A stretch of 50,912 bases of DNA from Patescibacteria group bacterium. Its GTDB lineage: Bacteria; Patescibacteriota; Minisyncoccia; Phycocordibacterales; 21-14-all-36-13. The DNA lies in NCBI GenBank assembly GCA_038065915.1, contig JBBTPZ010000002.1:18714-69625 (forward strand), given 5' to 3'. The translations under genes were made by a program, and so were the position numbers. The notes beneath the pieces are model-generated. The model saw only the letters and a list, made by a program, of their open reading frames with translations. It did not search any database and was not told the origin of the DNA. Below are positions 16,916-25,330 of this stretch, one piece after another (positions within the stretch are counted from its first letter, which is position 1; every line of letters begins with the position of its first letter).

Positions 16916-17012
16916 CAGCCAATTTAAATTTAATTTATTGTCAAATTAATAATACTCCATAGGGTCGCCATATCTCTGCGATAGCAGAAATATGGCGACC
17001 AGTTTTTGTTTT
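16916..17012 (+). ncRNA. candidate small RNA 3 (weak)
   Basis: TTGACA at 16880-16885 with an imperfect -10 (CATATA/TATACA). No ORF. Ends in the family A hairpin 16963-17000 plus TTTTTGTTTT. Confidence 0.3.
16963..17000. repeat. family A hairpin (stem class GTCGCC)
   Basis: GGTCGCCATATCTCTGCGATAGCAGAAATATGGCGACC. Confidence 0.9.
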
Positions 17013-17038
17013 CTTGCCCCAGTACCACAACAAGTTGG

Positions 17039-18661
17039 CTACAGGGTAAATTTTTTTGAATTCAATTCAACATAAAACTCTGCGCCCTTACCTTCCCCAT
17101 CTGATTCAGCCCAGACCTTGCCGTTGTGCGCTTCTATAATTTTTTTAACTATATATAAACCAAGCCCTGTTCCTTTAACATTAACTTTATTTGCATTATT
17201 TGCTCTTCTGAATAATGTGAATAATCCGGATAATTCTTTTTCTGGAATCCCGACACCACTATCTGAAATAGAGAATAATATTTTTTTATTACTATCAATT
17301 TTTTTAAGTTCAGTTTTTACCCAACCATATTTTGCGTACTTCAGCGCATTATCTATCAAATTTGTTATTACTTGTTTAAATTTGCCTATATCAATTTTCG
17401 CATTGTACTCTGCAGATTTATCATAATTAAAAGAAAACTCCAAACCTGATTCATCTATTGATGGTTTCATTTCATTTATTACACTTTCTATAATTTCATT
17501 TATTTTTGCCGTTTCAAATTTATACTCCATTCTTCCCTGCTCTATCCGCGAAACATTTAAAAAGTCCTCAACTATCATTGCGAGATTGTTTGTAGAATCA
17601 AACATATTTTTAACAGGTTGCTTTATTTTGTCATCAATTTTTCCGTATGACCCTTCCATAATTAATGAAGCATATCCTTTTATTGCGGAAAGTGGACTTC
17701 TAAATTGATGCGACGCAATAGATAAAAATTCTGATTTTTGTCTATCTAACTCTTTTAATTTTACATTTGCATCTTCCAATTTTGCGTTTGTTACTTCTAA
17801 ATCTTTTGCAAGTTTTTCAATTTTTTCTCTCGTGCTGATTTCTTTTAGAACACTCTTAATAAGCAAAATGCCTAATATTACCATAACAGACAATAAGACA
17901 ACTTCTATTATTTTATCTTGAATATTGCTAGCGAGTAAGATTCTTCCGAACAAGAAAAACCAAATAGAGAATACCAACAATTGTGTGGCGAGGACTTTAA
18001 TATTTAATAATTGATATTTAAAAATAGAATATACTACAACCAGAGCAGAAATAAGAATAGTTATATTATAAACTGGGTAAACATAAATTCCGTAAACAGG
18101 GAAAAAAGAAGTTGCTCCACCTGCAAAACCAACAATAAAGGCAAGAATGAGATATTGTATTTGGTGTTTAACGACAGGATTTTTACTTTTATTTAATTCC
18201 TTATAAAGAATGAAGATGTTATAAATTGCCAACAATAAAAATAGTGTGACCATCGTGGTATAAATTGGCGTTGGTGTGATGTAATAGAATTGATTAAAAA
18301 TAAAACGAACAGGCCCAAAAAAATAATCGGTAAATATATCAAAAAATAAAAAAATAAAAGATATAAAATACAGTACAAATATTAATTTTTTTTTGGAATA
18401 GTTTAAAAATTCATAAACAAAATGTGTTAAAAATACTGGAATAAAGATAACCCCAATTTCTGCAATACGCCACCAAAAAACAGAATTTTCCAATTCAACA
18501 GATGACGCAAATTTAAATATTCCAAAACCCCACAATGCAACAGATGTAGAAAAAAGCCCCCAAATAAAATGGATTTTTTGTTTTGTGTTTACGAAAGAAT
18601 AAACAGCCAATACGACTGAAGCAATAGCAATGATTAAACCTACTATCGAAAGAATATTCAT
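17039..18661 (-). CDS. sensor histidine kinase with multi-TM (7TM-type) N-terminal domain
   Basis: H-box SIASHQFRSPLSAI, N-box DNALKY, and G-boxes DSGVGI and GTGLGLYIV. About 8 hydrophobic spans in the first 270 aa. Confidence 0.9.
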   Translation of the reverse strand: MNILSIVGLIIAIASVVLAVYSFVNTKQKIHFIWGLFSTSVALWGFGIFKFASSVELENSVFWWRIAEIGVIFIPVFLTHFVYEFLNYSKKKLIFVLYFISFIFLFFDIFTDYFFGPVRFIFNQFYYITPTPIYTTMVTLFLLLAIYNIFILYKELNKSKNPVVKHQIQYLILAFIVGFAGGATSFFPVYGIYVYPVYNITILISALVVVYSIFKYQLLNIKVLATQLLVFSIWFFLFGRILLASNIQDKIIEVVLLSVMVILGILLIKSVLKEISTREKIEKLAKDLEVTNAKLEDANVKLKELDRQKSEFLSIASHQFRSPLSAIKGYASLIMEGSYGKIDDKIKQPVKNMFDSTNNLAMIVEDFLNVSRIEQGRMEYKFETAKINEIIESVINEMKPSIDESGLEFSFNYDKSAEYNAKIDIGKFKQVITNLIDNALKYAKYGWVKTELKKIDSNKKILFSISDSGVGIPEKELSGLFTLFRRANNANKVNVKGTGLGLYIVKKIIEAHNGKVWAESDGEGKGAEFYVELNSKKFTL

Positions 18662-19839
18662 TATATTATTCTAAAACCATTAATTTGTTTTTTATCAGAA
18701 ATACCAGTGATAACCTTTTCTTCACCGAGTGATATGTGCGTATCGTTAGGAATCATTCTACCTGGGGCAACAACACACCCAGAACCCAAATATACATTGT
18801 TGCCAAGACAACAACCCAATAATGTACTTCCTGTATCAACCTTAAGCCCATCTTTAATCACATTAATTGATTTGTTGTCTAATCTAAAATCGGTTAAAAC
18901 TGCTCCTAGTCCGACAAAAGAATCTTTGCCAACTATACTAGTTGATATCGCGTGGGTTATAGAAAAAAATCCAGAATAAAGAACACAAAACAAAATATGA
19001 CCACTTAATATTGTAGATTTTTCTCCAATAACTGACATTTCAATAACCACTCCATTGCCTATAAAACAATTATCACCAATTATGGACTCTCTGATAACCG
19101 TTCCCGCACCAATGGTAACATTATTACCTATAGTACTTCCCTCTATATAAGCCGTGTGATGAATTTTGTTATTTTTTCCGACCTCATTCAAAAAACTTGC
19201 AATTTTCCATTTATCAGATGATCTTGCTTTTAAAAATAATTTTATTAATTTAAATTTTGATAATTTTTTAAAACTAGCCAACCTAGACAAAATTGACATT
19301 AAGTTTGCCGTCCACAAATTAGCCCAGTGATCTATTTGGATTATAACTTTTTCCGTAACAGGCATTGGATAATTGGAATTTTTATACATATGTTCTGGTA
19401 AAATCAAATTTTCATAATCTTGGTCATTTTCCAATACGATAGGTTTTATTTCTTGGTTTCTTAAATATTTTTGTGGATAATAAAAAATATTATATTCTAT
19501 TCTGTCTTCATATTTTTTAACATTTTGAGTATTAACAATGGTTTGGTTGGTAAAAACCCCCAGTTTTAATGAACACACGGTTGGTGAGTTTATTTTTTTT
19601 GATTTGTCAATAAATTCCCTCAAAAGAGGGGCAGTAAAATAAATTGCACTGTCTAAAATTAAATATTCATCATCATCATCTATTTTTAAATTACTATCAA
19701 AAAATACAGCTATGATTCCGAGAGATTCCAAGGATTCTTTTTGTAGGCCTTTTAAACATTTGTTTCCAATTAAAAGTGTCTCACTATCTTCAAAAAAGGG
19801 TTCAATTTGGATTTGATTTTTTATTATATAAGCTTTCAT
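18661..19839 (-). CDS. left-handed beta-helix (hexapeptide repeat) protein with an unknown N-terminal domain
   Basis: Hexapeptide run IEGSTIGNNVTIGAGTVIRESIIGDNCFIGNGVVIEMSVIG. TAATG overlap with the kinase start. Confidence 0.75.
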   Translation of the reverse strand: MKAYIIKNQIQIEPFFEDSETLLIGNKCLKGLQKESLESLGIIAVFFDSNLKIDDDDEYLILDSAIYFTAPLLREFIDKSKKINSPTVCSLKLGVFTNQTIVNTQNVKKYEDRIEYNIFYYPQKYLRNQEIKPIVLENDQDYENLILPEHMYKNSNYPMPVTEKVIIQIDHWANLWTANLMSILSRLASFKKLSKFKLIKLFLKARSSDKWKIASFLNEVGKNNKIHHTAYIEGSTIGNNVTIGAGTVIRESIIGDNCFIGNGVVIEMSVIGEKSTILSGHILFCVLYSGFFSITHAISTSIVGKDSFVGLGAVLTDFRLDNKSINVIKDGLKVDTGSTLLGCCLGNNVYLGSGCVVAPGRMIPNDTHISLGEEKVITGISDKKQINGFRII

Positions 19840-21020
19840 TTTTTATTTTTAAATTCCTCTAATTTTATAATAAAATCTTTTGCCAATTCATAGACAAAAT
19901 TTTCTTTTTTGTGTACAGATATTATTTTATTCATTTTATTACCCATAACCATTTTTAAATTACTTAGATCATATTCATTACTTTTTGTCATATAATATCT
20001 ATAAGTATTTAAAATTTTTGACAACGATTTTGTAAAACTAAAAAAAGAAAGAAACTGCGATATTAATATCATAAATATATTAACAAAAAAAGAGTTTATT
20101 TCCAAAATTGGCATGTTCATATTCATTGCACTTAATGATTCTTTCATCACGGTTTTCATTGATGGTGGAACCGGATTTGTTATATGAAATATTTTTCCAT
20201 TGTTTTTTTTCTTTTTTAAAACTTCATCAATTACATTAATTACCGAATCTAAATATACAAGATTCAGTGTTGATTTTCTTGATACTAACCATGGTATTGG
20301 AATGCGTAATTTACCATTTTTAGAACGAAAGATGCTATTTAGAAGAAAAATATTTCTATTGTTTATTTCTTCCAAAACTTTCTTTAACTTAAAAAATGAA
20401 TGCAAAACAGAGTAATAGCCAAAAAATTTTGTTGATATAAAATCTCCACCAACTAAAATACTTGGTCTAAAAATGACAAATTTTTTACCATTTTTTTTAC
20501 TCCATTTATATATTTCTTTTTCAGATATAAATTTACTTTCCTCATAATAGTTATTGAACTTTCGCCCATCATCTTTTAATTTTTCTTCATAACAAATTCC
20601 GGGTTTCTTTCCATGAATATATGCGGTGCTAACATAATAAAAATTACAGCCCAAAAATTTGCTCAACTTAAGCATATTTTTTGTCCCCTCTATGTTTGTT
20701 TTGAAGATGTTTTCTTTGTCCTTTTTTTTAAAACTCAAATTTGCGGCTAGATGTAATAAACCATCTACCTTATTTTTATATTCGGAAAACTCTTTTCTTT
20801 CTATTATGTTTGAATCGGTAATATCTACTTCTACCGCAACCACAAGTTTTAAAAATTGATTTTTTTCATTGTTTTCAATCTCTTTGTAAATTCTTTCTTC
20901 AAACGAAATATTTTCTTTCCCACGACCAACAAAAATAATTCTGTTGCCTTGCTCTAACAATCTTTTGGCTAAAGCAGACCCTAAATACCCCGTTCCACCA
21001 GTTAGTATATAAGTTTTCAC
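19836..21020 (-). CDS. extended SDR / thioester-reductase-like NAD(P)-binding protein with hydrophobic C-terminal region
   Basis: TGGTGYLG Rossmann motif, HLAA and YYEESK (YxxxK). GTG start. ATGA overlap with the next gene. Confidence 0.85.
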   Translation of the reverse strand: MKTYILTGGTGYLGSALAKRLLEQGNRIIFVGRGKENISFEERIYKEIENNEKNQFLKLVVAVEVDITDSNIIERKEFSEYKNKVDGLLHLAANLSFKKKDKENIFKTNIEGTKNMLKLSKFLGCNFYYVSTAYIHGKKPGICYEEKLKDDGRKFNNYYEESKFISEKEIYKWSKKNGKKFVIFRPSILVGGDFISTKFFGYYSVLHSFFKLKKVLEEINNRNIFLLNSIFRSKNGKLRIPIPWLVSRKSTLNLVYLDSVINVIDEVLKKKKNNGKIFHITNPVPPSMKTVMKESLSAMNMNMPILEINSFFVNIFMILISQFLSFFSFTKSLSKILNTYRYYMTKSNEYDLSNLKMVMGNKMNKIISVHKKENFVYELAKDFIIKLEEFKNKK

Positions 21021-21027
21021 AAATATA

Positions 21028-21036
21028 ATTATATCA
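21028..21036 (-). promoter_or_regulatory. extended -10 TGaTATAAT, 7 nt before the GTG start (leaderless-type)
   Basis: ATTATATCA on the + strand at 21028-21036. Confidence 0.5.
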
Positions 21037-21076
21037 AAATAATCTCAATAAGAAAAATCAGAATATATATTAAATA

Positions 21077-21105
21077 TTGATTATTTTACTTATAAATTAT
21101 ATAGT
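21077..21105 (+). promoter_or_regulatory. promoter TTGATT-N17-TATAGT, 7 nt before the ATG (leaderless-type)
   Basis: -35 at 21077-21082, -10 at 21100-21105, ATG at 21113. Confidence 0.55.
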
Positions 21106-21112
21106 TTGAGCA

Positions 21113-21694
21113 ATGATTCAAAAAGAAAAAAGAAAAATATATATAATTCCGGGGTTAGGAGAATCAACACGAAAAAGATGTTATATGAAAATAATGGAGT
21201 TTGCCAAAAAATCCGGTTTTTCTGTTGTCCCAATAAACATAAAATGGAAATTGGATATGTATATGGATGATTTTATTAGGCAAGCAAACAAAGAAATTCC
21301 TAATAATATCAAAAATGATTATATATTGGGCTTTTCTTTTGGCGCATATATTACGGCTGTTTTATCAAAAAAGAAAAAGGCAAAAGGATTTATTTTTTGT
21401 TCCCTGTCACCATATTTTAAAGATGATTTAAATAGTATTCCAGATAAAAGTAAAAAATATTTTGGTAAAAAAATGATGAATGATTTTAAAAAATATTTAT
21501 TTCCAAATAAAAATAGCGGTTTGGCATATTTTTTAATCGGAGAAAAAGATTGGGATATTGCTATAAACAGAACGGAAAAATCATACAAAATTTGGAAAGG
21601 TAAAAAAGAAAAATATATTATTAAAAATACAGAACATGACTTATCTACTAAAAATTATGTCAAAACTTTAAAAGAAATAATAAAAAAGCTTTAA
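21113..21694 (+). CDS. alpha/beta hydrolase fold protein
   Basis: IYIIPGLGES and nucleophile elbow GFSFGA; C-terminal TEHD. Confidence 0.75.
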   Translation: MIQKEKRKIYIIPGLGESTRKRCYMKIMEFAKKSGFSVVPINIKWKLDMYMDDFIRQANKEIPNNIKNDYILGFSFGAYITAVLSKKKKAKGFIFCSLSPYFKDDLNSIPDKSKKYFGKKMMNDFKKYLFPNKNSGLAYFLIGEKDWDIAINRTEKSYKIWKGKKEKYIIKNTEHDLSTKNYVKTLKEIIKKL

Positions 21695-21702
21695 GTTGTT
21701 TT

Positions 21703-21731
21703 AAATTCCAGCGGTTCAACCGCTGGAATTT
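21703..21731. terminator. hairpin terminator between convergent genes
   Basis: AAATTCCAGCGG-TTCAA-CCGCTGGAATTT. Confidence 0.7.
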
Positions 21732-21945
21732 ACATCTTTCCATGGCCGTATAATACTTCTAGGGCGTTATAACTGGTTGCTGTTTCTATTATTTGTCCTG
21801 CTGCTTTATGTGTTTTTTTGATACCATGCTGAAAAGATTTAGGAAGACTGTTTAATATTGGTATAAGTATAAAATCAAAAGCCTTTTTAGAAGGATTATT
21901 TGTCTCAAATTTTATATTTTTGTCTTTATATATTTCAGTAATCAT
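21730..21945 (-). CDS. hypothetical 71-aa protein
   Basis: TATAAT (21953-21958) lies 7 nt before the ATG. No family recognised. Confidence 0.4.
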   Translation of the reverse strand: MITEIYKDKNIKFETNNPSKKAFDFILIPILNSLPKSFQHGIKKTHKAAGQIIETATSYNALEVLYGHGKM

Positions 21946-21994
21946 TACTATAATTATATAATTATATCAAAAAATATTATAATTAACAAAATAA

Positions 21995-22021
21995 AATGCC
22001 GTATCATATGATTACGGCATT
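21995..22021 (-). terminator. intrinsic terminator overlapping the stop codon of 22004..22282
   Basis: AATGCCGTAATCATATGATACGGCATT followed by a T-rich tract on the minus strand. Confidence 0.65.
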
Positions 22022-22282
22022 CTTGTTTTTCTTGTGAATTGGAAATATGCAAGAAAAAAATATTATAGAAGAAATAAAAAAACATAAAAACAACACAAAG
22101 GAAATTATAGAAATCCATAACGAAAAATCATTCTGAATAAAATCGGTAACAACTAACCTGCCAAGAACCAATTCTCCGCCTGAATTCCCTATCTCTTCGA
22201 ATGATTTAACACTTACATTTCCAAACATAAATGCCAAACCAAGTAAAACAAAAGAAAAAAGAGCCATAAATATCCTTTTCAT
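22004..22282 (-). CDS. small membrane protein (signal/TM plus C-terminal TM)
   Basis: Hydrophobic N- and C-terminal spans. GAGAGG SD. Driven by copy 1 of the triplicated promoter. Confidence 0.55.
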   Translation of the reverse strand: MKRIFMALFSFVLLGLAFMFGNVSVKSFEEIGNSGGELVLGRLVVTDFIQNDFSLWISIISFVLFLCFFISSIIFFSCIFPIHKKNKNAVII

Positions 22283-22322
22283 TTAAAACCTCTCTGATTT
22301 ATTAAACAACTTTTCGATTGAA

Positions 22323-22351
22323 ACAATACCACAAAACTTATTTAAAGTAAA
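22323..22351 (-). promoter_or_regulatory. triplicated promoter, copy 1: TTTACT-N17-(TGg)TATTGT
   Basis: AGTAAA at 22346-22351 and ACAATA at 22323-22328 on the + strand. Same 29-mer class as 23109-23137 and 23964-23992. Confidence 0.6.
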
Positions 22352-22371
22352 TATAAAACCACACAACAAAA

Positions 22372-22399
22372 TTGACAGAGTTTCAAATGGGTATATTAT
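22372..22399 (+). promoter_or_regulatory. promoter TTGACA-N16-TATTAT
   Basis: -35 at 22372-22377, -10 at 22394-22399. Confidence 0.55.
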
Positions 22400-22445
22400 A
22401 GAATTAAGTGGGTTGATTTAAAATTATATTATTAAAAATAAAAAC

Positions 22446-22817
22446 ATGACTAAATTAAATAATAAAATAGGTGTAATTAATAAAATTTTAAAATCTGGTT
22501 CTGAACAAAGTTTTCTAAATATCATAAATAAAAAAAGATTGGGGAAATATGAAAATTTTTTAATATCAAAACTTAGTGTTAATCCTGTCCCCATTGAAGA
22601 AATTTTCAAATTTGGGATTGAAAATTTACCTACAGATGAACTTCGTCCGAATCTTTCCTTGAGCTCTTATTTTTTTGTAATAACAGAAATTAAAGAATTG
22701 CCAGAAGAGTTGTATAATTTAGCAATGGAAGCCATGATTTATTGCAAAAATGATTCTGATGTTCCAACAAAATCTTTATTTGATTTAAATAAAATATATA
22801 AAAAAGCTCTCTGTTAA
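22446..22817 (+). CDS. hypothetical 123-aa protein
   Basis: Own promoter and terminator. No family recognised. Confidence 0.5.
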   Translation: MTKLNNKIGVINKILKSGSEQSFLNIINKKRLGKYENFLISKLSVNPVPIEEIFKFGIENLPTDELRPNLSLSSYFFVITEIKELPEELYNLAMEAMIYCKNDSDVPTKSLFDLNKIYKKALC

Positions 22818-22830
22818 AATACAGAGAGCT
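22805..22830. terminator. hairpin terminator between convergent genes
   Basis: AGCTCTCTGT-TAAAA-TACAGAGAGCT. Confidence 0.65.
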
Positions 22831-22847
22831 ATATTTGGTCCAAAAAA

Positions 22848-23060
22848 TTATTTTTTGGAAATACCATGAAACCCATGAGCTGTTTTTGAGCCATCACTAT
22901 TTTCCCGTATCATTATGTGAGAATGATTGTCTCTATCTCCTTCCCTTGTGTTATCCTTTGTACGGATATGGTGAGTATCTTTACTTCCATTAGAATTTTT
23001 TTCTGTTTTGGAGTTTGTTTCTCCACCAGAAGAATCGTTGAACCAATCTAACCAACCCAC
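22848..23060 (-). CDS. His/Asp/Asn/Ser/Lys-rich 70-aa hydrophilic protein, paralog 1 (GTG start)
   Basis: AGGAGG SD 5 nt before the GTG. MGW N-terminus and ..AHGFHGIS motif shared with 23676..23915. Confidence 0.6.
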   Translation of the reverse strand: MGWLDWFNDSSGGETNSKTEKNSNGSKDTHHIRTKDNTREGDRDNHSHIMIRENSDGSKTAHGFHGISKK

Positions 23061-23108
23061 TTCAACCTCCTATATTTTATTTTTTTAAAAAAGAGCTATT
23101 TGTTTTTC

Positions 23109-23137
23109 AGAATACCACAAAACTTGTTTAAAGTAAA
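23109..23137 (-). promoter_or_regulatory. triplicated promoter, copy 2: TTTACT-N17-(TGg)TATTCT
   Basis: Part of the 87-bp block 23051-23137, which is near-identical to 23906-23992. Confidence 0.6.
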
Positions 23138-23155
23138 TAGAAAATATTACTTTAT

Positions 23156-23623
23156 TTATTTGCAAGAGTATATTTCTTCAAATAAATTAAAAATTAAATC
23201 ATATTTATTTATTTCTATATTTATTTCATTTTTTTTCAACATTTCAACATAATCTTTATTTTTACCAAAAGCAATACATAATTTAATTAGTGTGCTCTCG
23301 TCTAGTTTGATCAACGAAAGAAATATTTTTTTACCTTCACTGTAATTTATTAAATTTGAATATTTTTTTTCAATAATTTTTTTTGTTTTTTCTAATAACA
23401 ATTTTTGGTCCTTTGCATCTGAATATTCAAAAGTTAAAACTAATCCTATTTCTTTTATTGAAGTTTGGTTTCTCCAATTTTTGTCTGTAAATTTAATCTT
23501 AAATTTATCAAGTAAATACAAAATGTCCTTTCTTTCTAAAACTCCCCTACTCAAAATAATTTCAAGCCATAAGTTATCAAAATTACTAACTTTTATTTCT
23601 CTTTTTTTATTTATTATTTTCAT
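23156..23623 (-). CDS. hypothetical 155-aa protein
   Basis: TTGTCC-N17-TATAAT (23631-23659) ends 7 nt before the ATG. No family recognised. Confidence 0.55.
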   Translation of the reverse strand: MKIINKKREIKVSNFDNLWLEIILSRGVLERKDILYLLDKFKIKFTDKNWRNQTSIKEIGLVLTFEYSDAKDQKLLLEKTKKIIEKKYSNLINYSEGKKIFLSLIKLDESTLIKLCIAFGKNKDYVEMLKKNEINIEINKYDLIFNLFEEIYSCK

Positions 23624-23630
23624 TGCTTAA

Positions 23631-23659
23631 ATTATAGAATAATAAAGAGAAACGGACAA
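23631..23659 (-). promoter_or_regulatory. leaderless-type promoter TTGTCC-N17-TATAAT-N7-ATG
   Basis: ATTATA at 23631-23636 and GGACAA at 23654-23659 on the + strand. Confidence 0.5.
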
Positions 23660-23678
23660 TTGTCCGTTTCTGTCTTTA
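23645..23678 (-). terminator. hairpin after the His-rich gene 23676..23915
   Basis: AGAAACGGACA-AT-TGTCCGTTTCT palindrome. Confidence 0.6.
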
Positions 23679-23915
23679 TTTAACATGATCCTTTTGGTCC
23701 CCATTTTCATTTACAGAAATATGACCAAAATTAGCGTTTTTTTCACTAATCTTTTCATTGTTTTTGTAAGTTACTTTTGCAGCATATATATCATGTCCGC
23801 TTGAACCATCTTTGTGTTTGTGATTTTCACTTTTGCGACCTTCTATTTTGACTTTATATTCAGTTTCATCGTTAGAGTTATTATCACTTCCAAAGAGATC
23901 ACTAAACCAACCCAC
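23676..23915 (-). CDS. His/Asp/Asn/Ser/Lys-rich 79-aa hydrophilic protein, paralog 2 (GTG start)
   Basis: Same SD, GTG and MGW start as paralog 1. NFGHIS motif. Confidence 0.6.
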   Translation of the reverse strand: MGWFSDLFGSDNNSNDETEYKVKIEGRKSENHKHKDGSSGHDIYAAKVTYKNNEKISEKNANFGHISVNENGDQKDHVK

Positions 23916-23963
23916 TTCAACCTCCTATATTTTATTTTTTTAAAAAAGAGCTATTTGTTTTTC

Positions 23964-23992
23964 AGAATACCACAAAATTTATTTAAAGTAAA
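23964..23992 (-). promoter_or_regulatory. triplicated promoter, copy 3: TTTACT-N17-(TGg)TATTCT
   Basis: AGAATA at 23964-23969 and AGTAAA at 23987-23992 on the + strand. Confidence 0.6.
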
Positions 23993-24083
23993 CAAAAGAT
24001 TAAACCACTTTCTAATTCGCGCGAATTAGAAAGTGGTTTCTGCCTAGTAATTTAGTGATTTTATGTTTTTAAAAATACAAAAT

Positions 24084-24120
24084 ATTATGGATTCAAATGC
24101 TTTGAATGAGCATTTGAATT
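24084..24120. repeat. family B hairpin
   Basis: ATTATGGATTCAAATGC-TTTGAATGA-GCATTTGAATT, followed by the GTGATTTG x3 microrepeat at 24121-24146. Confidence 0.85.
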
Positions 24121-24147
24121 TAGTGATTTGGTGATTTGGTGATTTTA

Positions 24148-24181
24148 CTTGTCCCGTAGCGAGCTTTGCTCTACTACTGGG
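24148..24181. repeat. family H element CTTGTCCCGTAGCGAGCTTTGCTCTACTACTGGG
   Basis: Near-identical copy at 39996-40030. This copy overlaps the plsC stop codon and the last codons (..ETSQ*). Confidence 0.85.
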
Positions 24182-24866
24182 ATGTCTCTTTATAAAGTTC
24201 TTTTATTTCATCCATTATCTTATTCGCGCCGAGTTTATAATCATTTATTGTGATTTCTTTTTTATCATCAAAAATATCTTTTAAATACATCGGCTTTCCT
24301 ATATTCAAAACAATTTTTCTTTTTCTCAAAAAGAAATTTTCCCAAGATATTTTATATGTGCTATTAATCCCAACTGGTACAACTGGAAAATTAGTTTTAT
24401 GTGCGAGAAAAGCCACTCCACCTTTTGCTTCTTTAAAATTTCTATCCTTGGTCGTCCCTCCCTCGGGGAAAATAAATAAACTATGCTTATCATTCAAAAT
24501 TTTTATATGATCTCTGAGAGATTCTTCATAATTATGAACCCCTATCGCAACTGCGTAGGAACCCCACGCCTTAAAAAATAAGCCTGATGAAAAAAATATT
24601 CTCATCCAAAGTCTTTTATAAAAAGTGTTTTCACGAGAAGTATAAAACATCGGCATAAATTTTGATAAAAAAGGCAAACTTGCGGGTAAAAGTATCGGGT
24701 CAAGAGCATTTGCGTGGTTTGATGCAAAAATAATCCCTTTTTCAAGGCCTTTCAAATTTTCAATTCCACGAACTTTTAAGCCAACAAAAAAAATTAAAAC
24801 CAGTCGAGCCGGTATCCATATTAATGTTTGTAAAAATAGTGGCGGTATATAATAAAGTTTTTTCAT
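24174..24866 (-). CDS. plsC: 1-acyl-sn-glycerol-3-phosphate acyltransferase
   Basis: NHANALD (HX4D) and FPEGGTT motifs. ORF opens at a TTG (24878); the ATG at 24866 lies 11 nt after TGaTATAAT. Confidence 0.9.
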   Translation of the reverse strand: MKKLYYIPPLFLQTLIWIPARLVLIFFVGLKVRGIENLKGLEKGIIFASNHANALDPILLPASLPFLSKFMPMFYTSRENTFYKRLWMRIFFSSGLFFKAWGSYAVAIGVHNYEESLRDHIKILNDKHSLFIFPEGGTTKDRNFKEAKGGVAFLAHKTNFPVVPVGINSTYKISWENFFLRKRKIVLNIGKPMYLKDIFDDKKEITINDYKLGANKIMDEIKELYKETSQ

Positions 24867-24877
24867 TTGACTCGTCA

Positions 24878-24886
24878 ATTATATCA
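24878..24886 (-). promoter_or_regulatory. extended -10 TGaTATAAT upstream of plsC
   Basis: ATTATATCA on the + strand. Confidence 0.45.
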
Positions 24887-24955
24887 TATTTAATTTTAGA
24901 TTTCTTTGATTTCAAAAATATCTAGTTGTTTGACTATACAACAATTCAATTTTAT

Positions 24956-25330
24956 TTAAATTTTTACTTTTAAGTATTCTTTTATTCTTTCTTTATCTTC
25001 TATTTCTTTTTCACCTTTGAAATAAATTCCAATAAAATCTACTATTTCAGTTTCTATATGAAAAGCATATATAATCCTTATGCCACTTTTTATACCGCGT
25101 CCTTTTAGTGACTTACAGGCAAATTTTTTGAGTTTGCAGATTATTATTTTTTCAGAACAAAAATTAGGAATTGGAAATATCGCTTGCTTATTTATTTTTT
25201 GTAAATGAAATAATTCAATAGCAAAAGTTTTTGCTGTTTCAATATCTTCATTAAGGGAGGAAAATTTTTTTAGAAGTTCTTTAAGATCCTTTTGAAATTC
25301 TTTTGTATTTTTATAATTAATCTTCGCCAT
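24956..25330 (-). CDS. RelE/HigB (Gp49-like) superfamily toxin candidate
   Basis: GIKSGIRIIYAFHIETEIVDFIGIYFKGEKEIEDKERI resembles the RelE/HigB C-terminal core. 14-nt overlap with the upstream antitoxin gene. Confidence 0.65.
   Translation of the reverse strand: MAKINYKNTKEFQKDLKELLKKFSSLNEDIETAKTFAIELFHLQKINKQAIFPIPNFCSEKIIICKLKKFACKSLKGRGIKSGIRIIYAFHIETEIVDFIGIYFKGEKEIEDKERIKEYLKVKI

Noticed and set aside
21730-21945. Truncated methyltransferase pseudogene
   Set aside because: The only basis is a vague resemblance in the C-terminal residues. I cannot support this without a search, so it is reported as hypothetical.
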